64,000 nt of DNA from an uncultured Candidatus Sumerlaeota bacterium (GCA_964389675.1 CAYMEV010000017.1:1-64000), one strand, 5' to 3'; numbered from the stretch's first letter, positions 50,952 through 61,124 are shown. Translations and numbers: made by a program. Notes: generated from the sequence alone by a model not told the origin.

Positions 50952-50994
50952 AGGAAAAGGGAATAAATATATATTTATTCCCTTTTCCTTTTTT
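50952..50994 (+). terminator. Intrinsic terminator of the heat-shock operon (perfect 38-bp palindrome + T-run)
   Basis: AGGAAAAGGGAATAAATAT/ATATTTATTCCCTTTTCCT followed by Ts. Confidence 0.75.
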
Positions 50995-51057
50995 ATAATA
51001 TATAGATTATACTATGTTTGAACATTTACATCATAATAATTAGAATTAGGGTTATAT

Positions 51058-52734
51058 ATGATAATATTGCCTGAAAAATATACAGATGCTGAAAAGGAGA
51101 TCTTCCAAAGGGCCTTTTCAGTCTTTAAAGCGCTTAGCCTTGAAGAAATGCCTGAGAGGATGAAGGAGCTGTCTGAAAGCCTAAGCAGCCCCTTTACGAT
51201 CCTGGTCGCAGGAGAGTACAACAGCGGAAAATCATCATTTATTAATTCACTTTTAGGTTCAGATATACTTGATATAGGAGTGACGCCAACCACCAGCAAA
51301 ATAAATATAATTACAAACAGAAACAGGCAGTCTGACAGCAGTATAGAGTTTATACATGCTGAAACTGATCTGACAGGCCAGATGGATATTGTGGATACCC
51401 CCGGAACAAACAGCATAATCAGGGAACATCAGGAAATAGCCGAGTCATATATAAAGCTTGCTGATTTTATAATCTTTCTTACATCTACAGAAAGGCCCCT
51501 TTCTGAGTCAGAAATAAGCTTTCTCAAAATGATAAGGGGCAAATGGGATCGAAAACTTATCTTCTGCATTAATAAGATAGATCTTGTAAACAGCGAAGAA
51601 CTCGAAACCATACATCAGTATGTCAATGACAATCTCATAAAGATACTTGATATAAAGCCTGAGATCTTCCTTATTTCCTCCAGATATGAAAAAAAGGGAA
51701 TAAAAAATGTGCTTGATTATCTGCTAGAAAGGCTAAGCTCTAACAAGAAGATAGCATTAAAGCTAACATCTCCTCTAAGAAGCCTGATCAGCATAATTCT
51801 GGATAATCATAAAATAATCTCTAATCAGCTGGAATATATAAATACAGATCTTTTTTACATTGATAAACTTGACTCATTCATAAATGTGACAAAAAAGGAC
51901 ATGCTTGAAAACATTTCCAGGTATAAGGATAATATTGATGATATATTCGCCAGCTTTATCCAGAGGATGATTCTGTTTATCAACCAGACAATCAATCTTG
52001 GCTTTATCTTCAAGCAGGTTTTTCGAAGGAAACATATAAGGCTTGAACTTGAAAGATTTCTCAATGAGAAGGACAATCCATTAAGCCAGATTTCCATGGA
52101 AATCGACAAGATAAGCCACTTCACATCTGTAACCTGCAAAGCTTTATATAACCAGTCCATAGATTATATTACCAGCAATATAGCAAAAAAAAGCTCTGAT
52201 ATGGACCTCTTGCTTAAGAGAGAGTATATTGACAGAGAAAAGGAGCTTTATTTCACTGCACTCGAAAACAGCAAAATATACAGGGAAATTGATGTTGAGC
52301 GTGAAAGCACCGAGCTGAAAAACAATATAAGCCAGAGTTTCAAGGGATTTCTTGCTATGCAGGGCCTAGCTGTCGGGACTGGGATTACGCTTGTAGGGAT
52401 ACTTGAAGGAGCTTTAATCGATATCACCGGCATATTGCTTACAATTACCCTGGCTGGATATGGTTTTATTTTATTCCCCTATAAAAGGAAAAAAATGAGA
52501 AGGGAATTCCAGGCAAAAGCCCTTGAACTGAAGGAAAATCTCTGGGGTATTCTCCAAAGGGAGATGTCGCATCATATTCTTGAGGTGGAAAACAATATAA
52601 AATCCATATTCTCATCACATAAAACATTCCTCCTTGAAGAAAAGCAGAATCTTTCTGAATCCGGCAGTGAGCTTGAAAGGCTTCTTCGGGACAGCAAAGA
52701 ACTGAATTATAAAATAGAAAAGGAATTCAGATAG
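51058..52734 (+). CDS. Bacterial dynamin-like GTPase with a C-terminal hydrophobic hairpin
   Basis: GEYNSGKSS (G1), PTT (G2), DTPG (G3), NKID (G4); helical stalk and two hydrophobic segments. Confidence 0.85.
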   Translation: MIILPEKYTDAEKEIFQRAFSVFKALSLEEMPERMKELSESLSSPFTILVAGEYNSGKSSFINSLLGSDILDIGVTPTTSKINIITNRNRQSDSSIEFIHAETDLTGQMDIVDTPGTNSIIREHQEIAESYIKLADFIIFLTSTERPLSESEISFLKMIRGKWDRKLIFCINKIDLVNSEELETIHQYVNDNLIKILDIKPEIFLISSRYEKKGIKNVLDYLLERLSSNKKIALKLTSPLRSLISIILDNHKIISNQLEYINTDLFYIDKLDSFINVTKKDMLENISRYKDNIDDIFASFIQRMILFINQTINLGFIFKQVFRRKHIRLELERFLNEKDNPLSQISMEIDKISHFTSVTCKALYNQSIDYITSNIAKKSSDMDLLLKREYIDREKELYFTALENSKIYREIDVERESTELKNNISQSFKGFLAMQGLAVGTGITLVGILEGALIDITGILLTITLAGYGFILFPYKRKKMRREFQAKALELKENLWGILQREMSHHILEVENNIKSIFSSHKTFLLEEKQNLSESGSELERLLRDSKELNYKIEKEFR

Positions 52735-52740
52735 GATAGC

Positions 52741-53331
52741 TTGAGTACTGTATTTTTTTTCCTGGGATTTTATCTTTTAGGCTCTATCCCCTCAGGTGTG
52801 CTGTTCTCCAGATTAAAAGGCAAAAACATAAGAAAGCTTGGAAGCGGAAATACAGGTGCAGCAAATGTTGCCAGGAATCTCGGGTTCCTCTGGGGATTTC
52901 TTACTTTTGTCTGTGATTTCTTAAAAAGCTATCTGCCTTTAAGCATCTATACTGCCTATATGCCTTTTGACCGGAATGTATACTTCTTTGCGATATTTGC
53001 CGTAATTGGACATTGCTTTTCTGTTTTTCTCAGGTTCAGGGGAGGCAAGGGCGTTTCTGTATCTATCGGAATTCTTGCATTTTTTTCATGGTATTATGCT
53101 CTAATCTATATTGCTTTATTTATTCTCATTGCCATAATATTTAAGATTTCATCGATTGCATCACTTGGATCATTTTTTTCTGTTTTGGGTTTAATTTATT
53201 TCCTGCCAGTCAGTACATATGATATTTCCCTTAACATTTTCTTATTTTTTGTTATCATATTTATTATTCTCCTGATAATGCACAGGGAAAATATCAAGAG
53301 GATTATAAGAAGAAATGAAATGCATTTTTAA
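52741..53331 (+). CDS. plsY: Glycerol-3-phosphate acyltransferase PlsY
   Basis: YLLGSIP, IR..GSGNTGA.N..R, D..K, GH, F.GGKGV, HRENI.R. Confidence 0.92.
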   Translation: MSTVFFFLGFYLLGSIPSGVLFSRLKGKNIRKLGSGNTGAANVARNLGFLWGFLTFVCDFLKSYLPLSIYTAYMPFDRNVYFFAIFAVIGHCFSVFLRFRGGKGVSVSIGILAFFSWYYALIYIALFILIAIIFKISSIASLGSFFSVLGLIYFLPVSTYDISLNIFLFFVIIFIILLIMHRENIKRIIRRNEMHF

Positions 53332-54337
53332 GAATATTTCAATTCTCGGGGATGGAAGCTGGGGCACAGCTCTTTCAAATCTATTTGCCGATAACGGGCT
53401 TGATGTCCTTCTCTGGTGTCATGACAAAAGGGCTTATGAGAGTATTATCAGCTATCGGGAAAACAGGGTATTCCTCAAGGGGATCAGGGTATCCGGTCGA
53501 GTAACCCCTACTCTCAGCCTAAAAGAAGCATTTGATTCATCAAATCTTGTTTTGTTCGTTATACCCAGCAAATTTTTGAGGGATGTTCTGTCCACATCAG
53601 GCCAGCTAATAACATCAAATCACTACATTATTTCTGCAATAAAGGGCATTGAAAATGAGACCCTCAAGCTTCCTGGTCAGATAATACAGGATTTCCTCCC
53701 ACCAAAATACACCAAGTATGCAGGATTTCTATCAGGGCCAACTTTTGCCCTTGAGGTTGCAAAGAGACAGCCAACGACCTGTGTAATCGCATCAAAGGAT
53801 ATGGAATTCTCCAGGATTATTCAGAAGATTCTGTCAAATGATTATTTCCGTTGCTACACAAATGAAGACACCATAGGGGTTCAGATCGGAGGAGCAATAA
53901 AGAACATTATTGCCATTGCATCCGGAATACTTGACGGACTGGGCCTTGGAACCAACAGCCAGGCTGCCCTGATTACAAGGGGGCTGGCAGAAATAGCCAG
54001 GCTTGGTGAAAAGCTGGGTGCAGACAGAAATACCCTTTTTGGGATCAGCGGACTGGGAGACCTTGTACTGACTGCTACGGGGAAACTGAGCCGTAACAGG
54101 TCTGTCGGGTACCAGCTTGGAAAGGGGAAAAAACTCAGGGAAATAATATCGTCGACCGAAAGCATTGCAGAGGGGATAAGCACAACCAAATCTGTTTATA
54201 AGCTTGCAAAGGGGCTTGGAATTGAAATGCCGATATGCTTTGAAGTCTATAATATCCTTTACAGAAACAAGGCCATTAAAGATGCTATAAAAAGCGTCAT
54301 GACAAGAAGCCTCAAGGATGAAATAAAAAGTTACTGA
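53315..54337 (+). CDS. gpsA: NAD(P)H-dependent glycerol-3-phosphate dehydrogenase
   Basis: G.GSWGTAL, KGIE, LSGP.FA.EV, GA.KN.IAIA, G.GDL..T....SRN. Confidence 0.95.
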   Translation: MKCIFKNISILGDGSWGTALSNLFADNGLDVLLWCHDKRAYESIISYRENRVFLKGIRVSGRVTPTLSLKEAFDSSNLVLFVIPSKFLRDVLSTSGQLITSNHYIISAIKGIENETLKLPGQIIQDFLPPKYTKYAGFLSGPTFALEVAKRQPTTCVIASKDMEFSRIIQKILSNDYFRCYTNEDTIGVQIGGAIKNIIAIASGILDGLGLGTNSQAALITRGLAEIARLGEKLGADRNTLFGISGLGDLVLTATGKLSRNRSVGYQLGKGKKLREIISSTESIAEGISTTKSVYKLAKGLGIEMPICFEVYNILYRNKAIKDAIKSVMTRSLKDEIKSY

Positions 54338-54358
54338 TCATCGGGCCTTTATGATAAT

Positions 54359-55570
54359 TTATGAAAAGATTATTGAAAAATCCCCTATCTGGATCTCATC
54401 AAATCTTTCCAGCTCTTTCTCAAGATATTCCTGATTGTTGATAAGAATCATTTTTTCCCCGTTTGAACGTATATAATAGCTCATCCCCTCCAGATATATT
54501 GTCGCATATCTTAATGGAACATCAAATGACTCTGTCTGCACGGGGACGTCGCAGTCATTGCTTGAACCGATTATCATAGGCTCACCGGTTATAATAAGGG
54601 TTCTTGTCTTGACCCCCTTCTCTGTGATAACGATCTTCCCTCTTAAGACTGCCTGTGAGGTAATTAGTTTCTCCATGTCCTCAGAAGGTTTTTTCTCAGT
54701 TTTGCCTTCATCAGCCACTTTTTCTGATTTCTTTCTGTTCCTGGATCCTGCGTGCAGAGTCTCCAGGCTGAATATACTTATTGATGACGAGGATTCGCCA
54801 ATGTCCGGGTTATCAACATCTTCAACCCTCTTTTCAGAAGGAAGGATTATCTTCTTTTTATAAAGCTCTGTAAGGATCTTTAATGTTTCATATTCATTGA
54901 GGTATTTCGCCTCCTTGCATATATCCAGGACTGAACGGTTCCCGTTGACCTTTCCGAGGATCTTCCATTCAACATCTGTCAGGTCCAGCTTTTGGCTGTT
55001 GGGGTCAATATCCGGGTTTACCTGCAGTATTATATCCTCTTTGGGTGAATCTTTGTGTATCTCCTCCCATTCATCGCTCATCCTGACTCCTTCCATCACA
55101 AGGGTCTGCGGATCAATATTGACAATTATAGCATGTTCCGGCAACCGGCCAAAATTAGAAAACTGAAATATGCCGTTTTTCCACCTGAAGAGTGAGTAAA
55201 TAAGCTGAGAGATATTATCCTCGGCAGCTCCTTTTAATACGCGCTCATTCAGCAAATCCTTCTCCACCAGTATATCCCATGGGGATTTGTATTTGTCCGG
55301 GTTCTGCTTCATGATCCTGTATCCCTTGTTGAGCATTTCACTTGATATAAAGTTGTTTTCAACCATGTATTTTGCAAGGCTGTCCCTGTAGTCACTGGAA
55401 ATGGCAAATACAATTATGCCCTGGTGCATGAAAATCTGCCTCTTCTCTTCCTGGTTTTCAATGGTCAGGACGCCTGTCTTTCTTCCCAGATGCAAAAGCA
55501 TAAGTATATCATATATGTTGAAATAGTCGAGGTTGCCTGATAGTGAAACTATGGCTCTTTTATCCTGCAT
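54359..55570 (-). CDS. DUF4388 (PatA-N-like) domain protein with a C-terminal FHA-like domain
   Basis: LSGNL..F...DIL..L...KTG.L; F.W..G.F.F; LVMEG.R..DEW; C-terminal IG....CD...L...D.IQIG. Confidence 0.75.
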   Translation of the reverse strand: MQDKRAIVSLSGNLDYFNIYDILMLLHLGRKTGVLTIENQEEKRQIFMHQGIIVFAISSDYRDSLAKYMVENNFISSEMLNKGYRIMKQNPDKYKSPWDILVEKDLLNERVLKGAAEDNISQLIYSLFRWKNGIFQFSNFGRLPEHAIIVNIDPQTLVMEGVRMSDEWEEIHKDSPKEDIILQVNPDIDPNSQKLDLTDVEWKILGKVNGNRSVLDICKEAKYLNEYETLKILTELYKKKIILPSEKRVEDVDNPDIGESSSSISIFSLETLHAGSRNRKKSEKVADEGKTEKKPSEDMEKLITSQAVLRGKIVITEKGVKTRTLIITGEPMIIGSSNDCDVPVQTESFDVPLRYATIYLEGMSYYIRSNGEKMILINNQEYLEKELERFDEIQIGDFSIIFS

Positions 55571-55615
55571 AATGAATATTTATAATACCTCAGCTGCTTT
55601 AGGTCAATTAAATAA

Positions 55616-56257
55616 TTAAAAGCATTTTCTGTAGACCACCAGGCACCTTTGCAGTCCTGTACCTGGAATTCTGTAATCATACCTTTTATGAAACATAAAT
55701 GAACCGTACTTCTCTTTTATTTCAGCATCAACATTGGGGCCTTTCATAAAATATGCCATAGACCCATTATTAAGCAGACTTTCCGCCCTGGAAAGCGTTT
55801 TTTCAATTTTCTCAACTGCCCTGGTTATAATTGAGGCACATTCTATCTTTGAGCCATTATTGACACTGTGAGGATATACCTCAATATTCTCGAGTCCGAC
55901 CTCTTTTATTGCTATATTAAGAAAATCTATCCTCTTTGACCTTTTTTCAGCAAGTATAATACTCTTTTCAGGAAAGATTATTTTAAGAATTATGCCCGGA
56001 AAACCGGCACCGGAACCTATATCAAGCAAAGGGGCCCTGAAATTGATAAATCTTCCAATATAACAGCAGTCAATATAGTGTTTTTTAACGATGTTCTCGA
56101 AGTTAACAGTCCTTATAAGGTCATATTCAGAATTATATTTCCTTATAAGCCCATGGAAAAGGTAAAGTTTGCCAAGCCGGGCCTCCGGCAGGAAGATATC
56201 TGATCTTTTCAGCAGGCCATCAAGGTGTTTTTTTGTGTAAAGACTTTTCTCACCCAT
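55616..56257 (-). CDS. rsmG: 16S rRNA m7G527 methyltransferase
   Basis: KHYID, LLDIGSGAGFPGI.L, K...FL, TRA, MKG. Start placed at ATG 56257, overlapping the upstream stop. Confidence 0.88.
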   Translation of the reverse strand: MGEKSLYTKKHLDGLLKRSDIFLPEARLGKLYLFHGLIRKYNSEYDLIRTVNFENIVKKHYIDCCYIGRFINFRAPLLDIGSGAGFPGIILKIIFPEKSIILAEKRSKRIDFLNIAIKEVGLENIEVYPHSVNNGSKIECASIITRAVEKIEKTLSRAESLLNNGSMAYFMKGPNVDAEIKEKYGSFMFHKRYDYRIPGTGLQRCLVVYRKCF

Positions 56258-56870
56258 CTTTTCTGCAAATATCCAGCAAAGCATCAATATCCTGTTTACC
56301 AAGCTTTTTCACTTCCGGCTCATTTCTCAGCATGTATACAGCTTTTGCCAGATGCTCAGCAGATTCTACCCTGCTGAATGCCTTTACAATATCATCTCCT
56401 ACAGCGGTAAGTCCATTATTTGCCATAATTAAAACATCCGATTTCTTAACGGCCGCAGCTGCTGCATCAGCAAGCTCAACCGATGAAGGCAGATAATAAT
56501 CTATCCTGGCAGGAATCCCTATATTTATTATTGCTTCAGCAAAGAGTGCAAATTCAGAGAGGTCTAATGGCAAGACCCCTATTAATGAAGAATAGAAACA
56601 GTGAGCATGTACTATAGAAGATATATCATCTCTGGCATTATAAATTTCAATATGCATTCTGAATTCCGAGGACGGGGGTATATTATTGATAATATTGCCC
56701 TCCCTGTCAATAATGGATATATCCTCAGGCCTTAACTGTGCCTTGAACATACCCCTGGGCGTTATATAGATAAGGTTATCGCTTAAAATGCTGATATTAC
56801 CGGACATTGACAGGTTAAGTCCATTTTCATAAAGAAGCTTTGCATACTTGACTATCTTGGCTTTTATCAT
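56250..56870 (-). CDS. Class II aldolase/adducin family protein (FucA-like)
   Basis: GNIS, ITP, PSSE..MH..IY, IVHAH. Confidence 0.85.
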   Translation of the reverse strand: MIKAKIVKYAKLLYENGLNLSMSGNISILSDNLIYITPRGMFKAQLRPEDISIIDREGNIINNIPPSSEFRMHIEIYNARDDISSIVHAHCFYSSLIGVLPLDLSEFALFAEAIINIGIPARIDYYLPSSVELADAAAAAVKKSDVLIMANNGLTAVGDDIVKAFSRVESAEHLAKAVYMLRNEPEVKKLGKQDIDALLDICRKDG

Positions 56871-56973
56871 CTGATATATTATCCTTTCATATTTAATTTC
56901 TTATAAACCCAGCAATAAAATATCTTAAGAACTCTCTAAATATCCTGAAGAATTATACTGATGATTTATTAAG

Positions 56974-57002
56974 TTGTAAATTGAAAACATTTATTCTATA
57001 AT
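56974..57002 (+). promoter_or_regulatory. Sigma70-type promoter directly ahead of the kinase start codon
   Basis: TTGTAA-17 bp-TATAAT; ATG follows 7 nt later. Confidence 0.5.
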
Positions 57003-57009
57003 AATTGCC

Positions 57010-60000
57010 ATGATAGGCATAATAATACAGGACCGCTATGAGATTTTAGAAAAAGTTGGAGTCGGCGGCATGGGAGCCGTTTACAAGGCAAAAGACCTGC
57101 CGACAGGCGAAATCTTTGCTCTGAAAATGATTTACAAACCCCAGGATGTAGAACTTAAGCGCTTTAACAGGGAATTTTTCGTAATGTCAAATATATATCA
57201 TCCTAATATAGTCCAGGTCGTTAATCATGGCCAGCATAGCGATTACCACTTTATTATAATGGAATTCATCGAGGGGGACAGTCTAAAGAAGTATTTTACC
57301 ATGCAGAAGGAAGCCCTAATGCAGAGCCACGAAAACTATTATGAATCCTACCTTGAATCGGTGCTTCACATATTCATGCAGATATCCTCCTCATTAAGCT
57401 ATATACACTCACTGGATATTATTCACAGGGACCTGAAACCAACAAACATAATAATCACACCAAACAATATCTCCAAACTTATGGACTTCGGCCTGTCAAA
57501 AAGAGTAGGAATCTCCTCAGGAGAGTTTACATTAGGTGGTGCAATCACCGGCACTGTATCATATATGTCCCCTGAACAGAGCTCTGGAACAAAAATCGAT
57601 ATAAGGTCTGATTTTTATTCCTTTGGTGTGATTCTTTTTGAAGTCCTGACAGACCAGAAACCTTTTACAAGCGATAATCCCATTGAAATCCTTATGAAAC
57701 ACATTAATGAAAAGCCGCCGGCACCATCCAGCATTGAACCAAAAATACCAGAGGATCTGGACCGGATAATATTCAAGCTTCTGGAAAAAGACCCTATTGA
57801 CAGGTATCAGTCTGCAGATGATATCCTGGAGGACCTCCTGAAAATAGGAATATTGAAGCCAACCATATTTCTTGAATCAGAAGCTGCAAAGGAAAAGATA
57901 CAGACCAGGCTTTTCGAGCCTGCATTTATTGGAAGGGCAGATGAGCTAAAAAAGTTCAAGGAGTTAACCTCCGAGGATAACAGATTTAAATCCTTTGTTC
58001 TGTTTATTGAAGGAATGCCTGGTATTGGCAAGCTCAGGCTGATGTCAGAATATGAGAATATAGCTAAAAGGCTTGGCTATCTCTGTCTTTCAGGCAGGTA
58101 TTTTCCTGAGCATAAGGGATCTTTCCAGGCATTTGAGGATATATTTGAAAATATTATATATTTCATGGAAAAGGGAAATATCAAGATAGGAGAGAACAAA
58201 ATAGAGGAGATCTATTCTTTCTTTTCCAGATTCATTCCCAACATGAAGCTCATGGGTGATGATTTTATTACAGGCGTTATTGGAAGCATGTTTCATAATC
58301 TTCCGCAGGATATGGATATAAATATCCAGTTCAAGAAGCTGTTCGATATCCTTTGCTTCATATCCCAGAATAACCCGGTAATATTCTTCCTTTCCAACTA
58401 TGAATATGCAAACACCTTTAATAAAAAACTGCTTCATTATCTTATAACAAACACAGTAAAAAAATACGATACTATACCTATATCCTTTGTAATAAGCTAT
58501 AATGACAGGCTTTTAAAGCTTACGAACCTTTTTGATCAGGATGAACTGGATACATCTCAGGATTATTTTGCCAGGCAGAATCTTAAAGGCCTTTCCTTAG
58601 AAGACACACAAGGCTTTGTTTCTCAAATGATAGGTGTATCAAAGGTTCCGGACATTTTTGTAAGCAGAATATATGAAGATACTGCCGGGTGCCCTCTTCA
58701 TATATCTGAATCGATGAAATTCCTTACCGAGCAGAGCATACTTTATAAGCGCAGGAATAAATGGCTTATCAATGTCGAGAGCAGGGACCTGCCCCTGGAA
58801 GACCTTGCGAGCAAGAAAGCTCTGAACATACCAATAAATGTTGATGAGATTTATAAAAAGAGGATAGTGCAGCTTGAGCCCGTTGCAAAGGATATACTAA
58901 CCCTGATGTCCTTCTTTGTTGACAGGATCGAGCTTGATGTGCTGCTTATTATATCATCCTATACCAGGGATGAGACCCTGTCCGGAATAGATATGCTTCT
59001 TAAACGAAACCTTCTCATTGAAGACCGTGAGGGCAAGCACTTTTATCTTAATCCCTTAAAGCTAAAAAATATTATTCTATCGTCTGTACCCCCTGATGAA
59101 AGGTCAGGATTATATCTTAAGATTGCACAAACCTACGAAGACATGTACAAAGATAATCTCAGCCCTATATATACACAGCTTGCATATCTTTATGAAAAGG
59201 CCGGAGAGTATAACAAGGCATTCTATTTCTTTATCAAGGCCGGGGAAAACGCCAAGGATCTTTATTTTTACGAGCAGGCGATAGATCTGATATCCAAGGC
59301 TATTGACATAGCGAAGAGCCAGGAAGGTGAGGATTTTTTTGATATTGGTCTGATCAGGTCCTATGTTGCAAATGGAGAAATTGAAGAAACAAGGGGCAAT
59401 ACAAAAAATGCAAAAACATATTATGAGAAGGCCTATGGGATTGCCAAAAAGAAGAACAGGATATTAGACAAGGCAAAGATCCTGCAGCACCTCGGATGGC
59501 TCTATTACCAGACAGGGAAGAATGATATTGCTAAAAAATTCTTTGTTAAAAGCAGGGAATTGTTCACCCTCAAGGATGACAAGGTCGGGATAGCATCATC
59601 CATGAACAGGATAGCCCTTACAGAGCTTAAAAACGGAAGGCTGAAAGATGCCCTGAGAATTTTTCTGGAAGCTCTTATATATGAAAAAGAGGTTAATAAT
59701 AAGATCTGGATTGCCAAGAACCTGAACAATATAGGGCATATATACACCAGGCTTGGCAACTACAAGCTTTCAATAAAGTATCTGGCTGAAGCAATGAGAA
59801 TACTGGAGAATATAAACAATAAGATAGATCTTTTCAGATGCCTTTCCAATCTTGCACTCAGCTACTTTTACCTTGGAAAGATAAACGATTCACTGCAGGC
59901 CAACGAGAGGAGCCTGCTTGTTGCAAGGCAGATTGACTATAAACAGGGTATAGGGCAGGGTCTCAACAATACTTCAGTAATACTGAGGCACATGGGTATT

Positions 60001-60744
60001 TATGACAGAAGCCTGGATAATATAGATTCATCCATTGAATTAAGGCAGAATATAAAGGACAAAAGGGGAACCGCCATAGGCTTTCTAAACAAGGGGCTGC
60101 TTCTCTTCGATATCGGGAATATGGAAGAGGCAGAGCAGTATATTAGAAAAGCAATGGAATTCGATGATGATTTTGGCCTCAAAGACACTTTTATAGATGG
60201 CTATTACTATCTTGCTAAAATATCCCATCATCAGGAAAAAATGATAGATGCATCTGATTATCTTCAAAAATCACTTGAATTGGCCCGCAGGGACAAGGAT
60301 TATTACAGATTCATAGAATCTGCTGTTTTTCTGAGTTATATTGAAGAAAACGAGAAAAGCAACGAGGATCTGATAATAAACCTGCTTAATCTGAAGAAAA
60401 AGGCCCTTAAATTTGGTTTCAATCTGCTGATAGCAAGGATTAACAGCAGGATTGCTGAACTGATGCTTAAAAACAATAACTATGATGATGCCCTGCACTA
60501 TATAGAAGCTGCAATCCCGATTTTTGAAGAGATCCAGTGCAGGCCATTCCTGGTAGAGATATTTACCCTTGCAGGCGAGTTTCTGACAAAGACCGGACAG
60601 AACGAAAAGGCCTCAAACTTCTTTCAGAAAGCTCTGCAATATGCTGAAGAGATACAGTCCGGGGTCCCTTTGCAGTATGTGTCGAATTTTATTGTCAAAA
60701 AAGAGATAACCTATCTTTACAAAATACTATCAGAGCTTTATTAG
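57010..60744 (+). CDS. Hanks-type Ser/Thr kinase + P-loop (STAND-like) domain + TPR protein
   Basis: GVGGMGAVY, ALK, HRDLKPTN, DFG, YMSPEQ; FIGR..E, GMPGIGK; G.PL; many TPRs. Confidence 0.9.
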   Translation: MIGIIIQDRYEILEKVGVGGMGAVYKAKDLPTGEIFALKMIYKPQDVELKRFNREFFVMSNIYHPNIVQVVNHGQHSDYHFIIMEFIEGDSLKKYFTMQKEALMQSHENYYESYLESVLHIFMQISSSLSYIHSLDIIHRDLKPTNIIITPNNISKLMDFGLSKRVGISSGEFTLGGAITGTVSYMSPEQSSGTKIDIRSDFYSFGVILFEVLTDQKPFTSDNPIEILMKHINEKPPAPSSIEPKIPEDLDRIIFKLLEKDPIDRYQSADDILEDLLKIGILKPTIFLESEAAKEKIQTRLFEPAFIGRADELKKFKELTSEDNRFKSFVLFIEGMPGIGKLRLMSEYENIAKRLGYLCLSGRYFPEHKGSFQAFEDIFENIIYFMEKGNIKIGENKIEEIYSFFSRFIPNMKLMGDDFITGVIGSMFHNLPQDMDINIQFKKLFDILCFISQNNPVIFFLSNYEYANTFNKKLLHYLITNTVKKYDTIPISFVISYNDRLLKLTNLFDQDELDTSQDYFARQNLKGLSLEDTQGFVSQMIGVSKVPDIFVSRIYEDTAGCPLHISESMKFLTEQSILYKRRNKWLINVESRDLPLEDLASKKALNIPINVDEIYKKRIVQLEPVAKDILTLMSFFVDRIELDVLLIISSYTRDETLSGIDMLLKRNLLIEDREGKHFYLNPLKLKNIILSSVPPDERSGLYLKIAQTYEDMYKDNLSPIYTQLAYLYEKAGEYNKAFYFFIKAGENAKDLYFYEQAIDLISKAIDIAKSQEGEDFFDIGLIRSYVANGEIEETRGNTKNAKTYYEKAYGIAKKKNRILDKAKILQHLGWLYYQTGKNDIAKKFFVKSRELFTLKDDKVGIASSMNRIALTELKNGRLKDALRIFLEALIYEKEVNNKIWIAKNLNNIGHIYTRLGNYKLSIKYLAEAMRILENINNKIDLFRCLSNLALSYFYLGKINDSLQANERSLLVARQIDYKQGIGQGLNNTSVILRHMGIYDRSLDNIDSSIELRQNIKDKRGTAIGFLNKGLLLFDIGNMEEAEQYIRKAMEFDDDFGLKDTFIDGYYYLAKISHHQEKMIDASDYLQKSLELARRDKDYYRFIESAVFLSYIEENEKSNEDLIINLLNLKKKALKFGFNLLIARINSRIAELMLKNNNYDDALHYIEAAIPIFEEIQCRPFLVEIFTLAGEFLTKTGQNEKASNFFQKALQYAEEIQSGVPLQYVSNFIVKKEITYLYKILSELY

Positions 60745-60752
60745 GCTTTTGT

Positions 60753-61055
60753 CTAACTTAAAACCTTATCAAGCATATCCAGAGTATCTGATGAAAACTT
60801 CAGCGTGAAGGCAATAAGCTCATAATCCGCTTTAGTCCTGCTGTCCTTTTCACCTTTAATCCTGCTTGTAAGATAACTGCTGAAAGCATTGAGCTCTTTT
60901 ATGATTGCAGGGATCTTACCTGACTTTATGGAGCTGTTTATTACAGGATATAGTGCTTCAAGATCAAAAAAGAGTTCATCTTTAGGATCCTGGGAGGGGC
61001 TTTGAAACCTTGAAACATTAAAAGATTTCAGATCTTCATCCATATGCATCCTCAC
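60753..61055 (-). CDS. Hypothetical protein
   Basis: 100 aa ORF filling the gap; possible GAGG RBS before an internal Met. Confidence 0.5.
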   Translation of the reverse strand: MRMHMDEDLKSFNVSRFQSPSQDPKDELFFDLEALYPVINSSIKSGKIPAIIKELNAFSSYLTSRIKGEKDSRTKADYELIAFTLKFSSDTLDMLDKVLS

Positions 61056-61124
61056 AAAAAACTTTTTATTTATTTTCTGATATAATATTATATATTAAAA
61101 AGCATATAAAGAAAATACTTTTGT

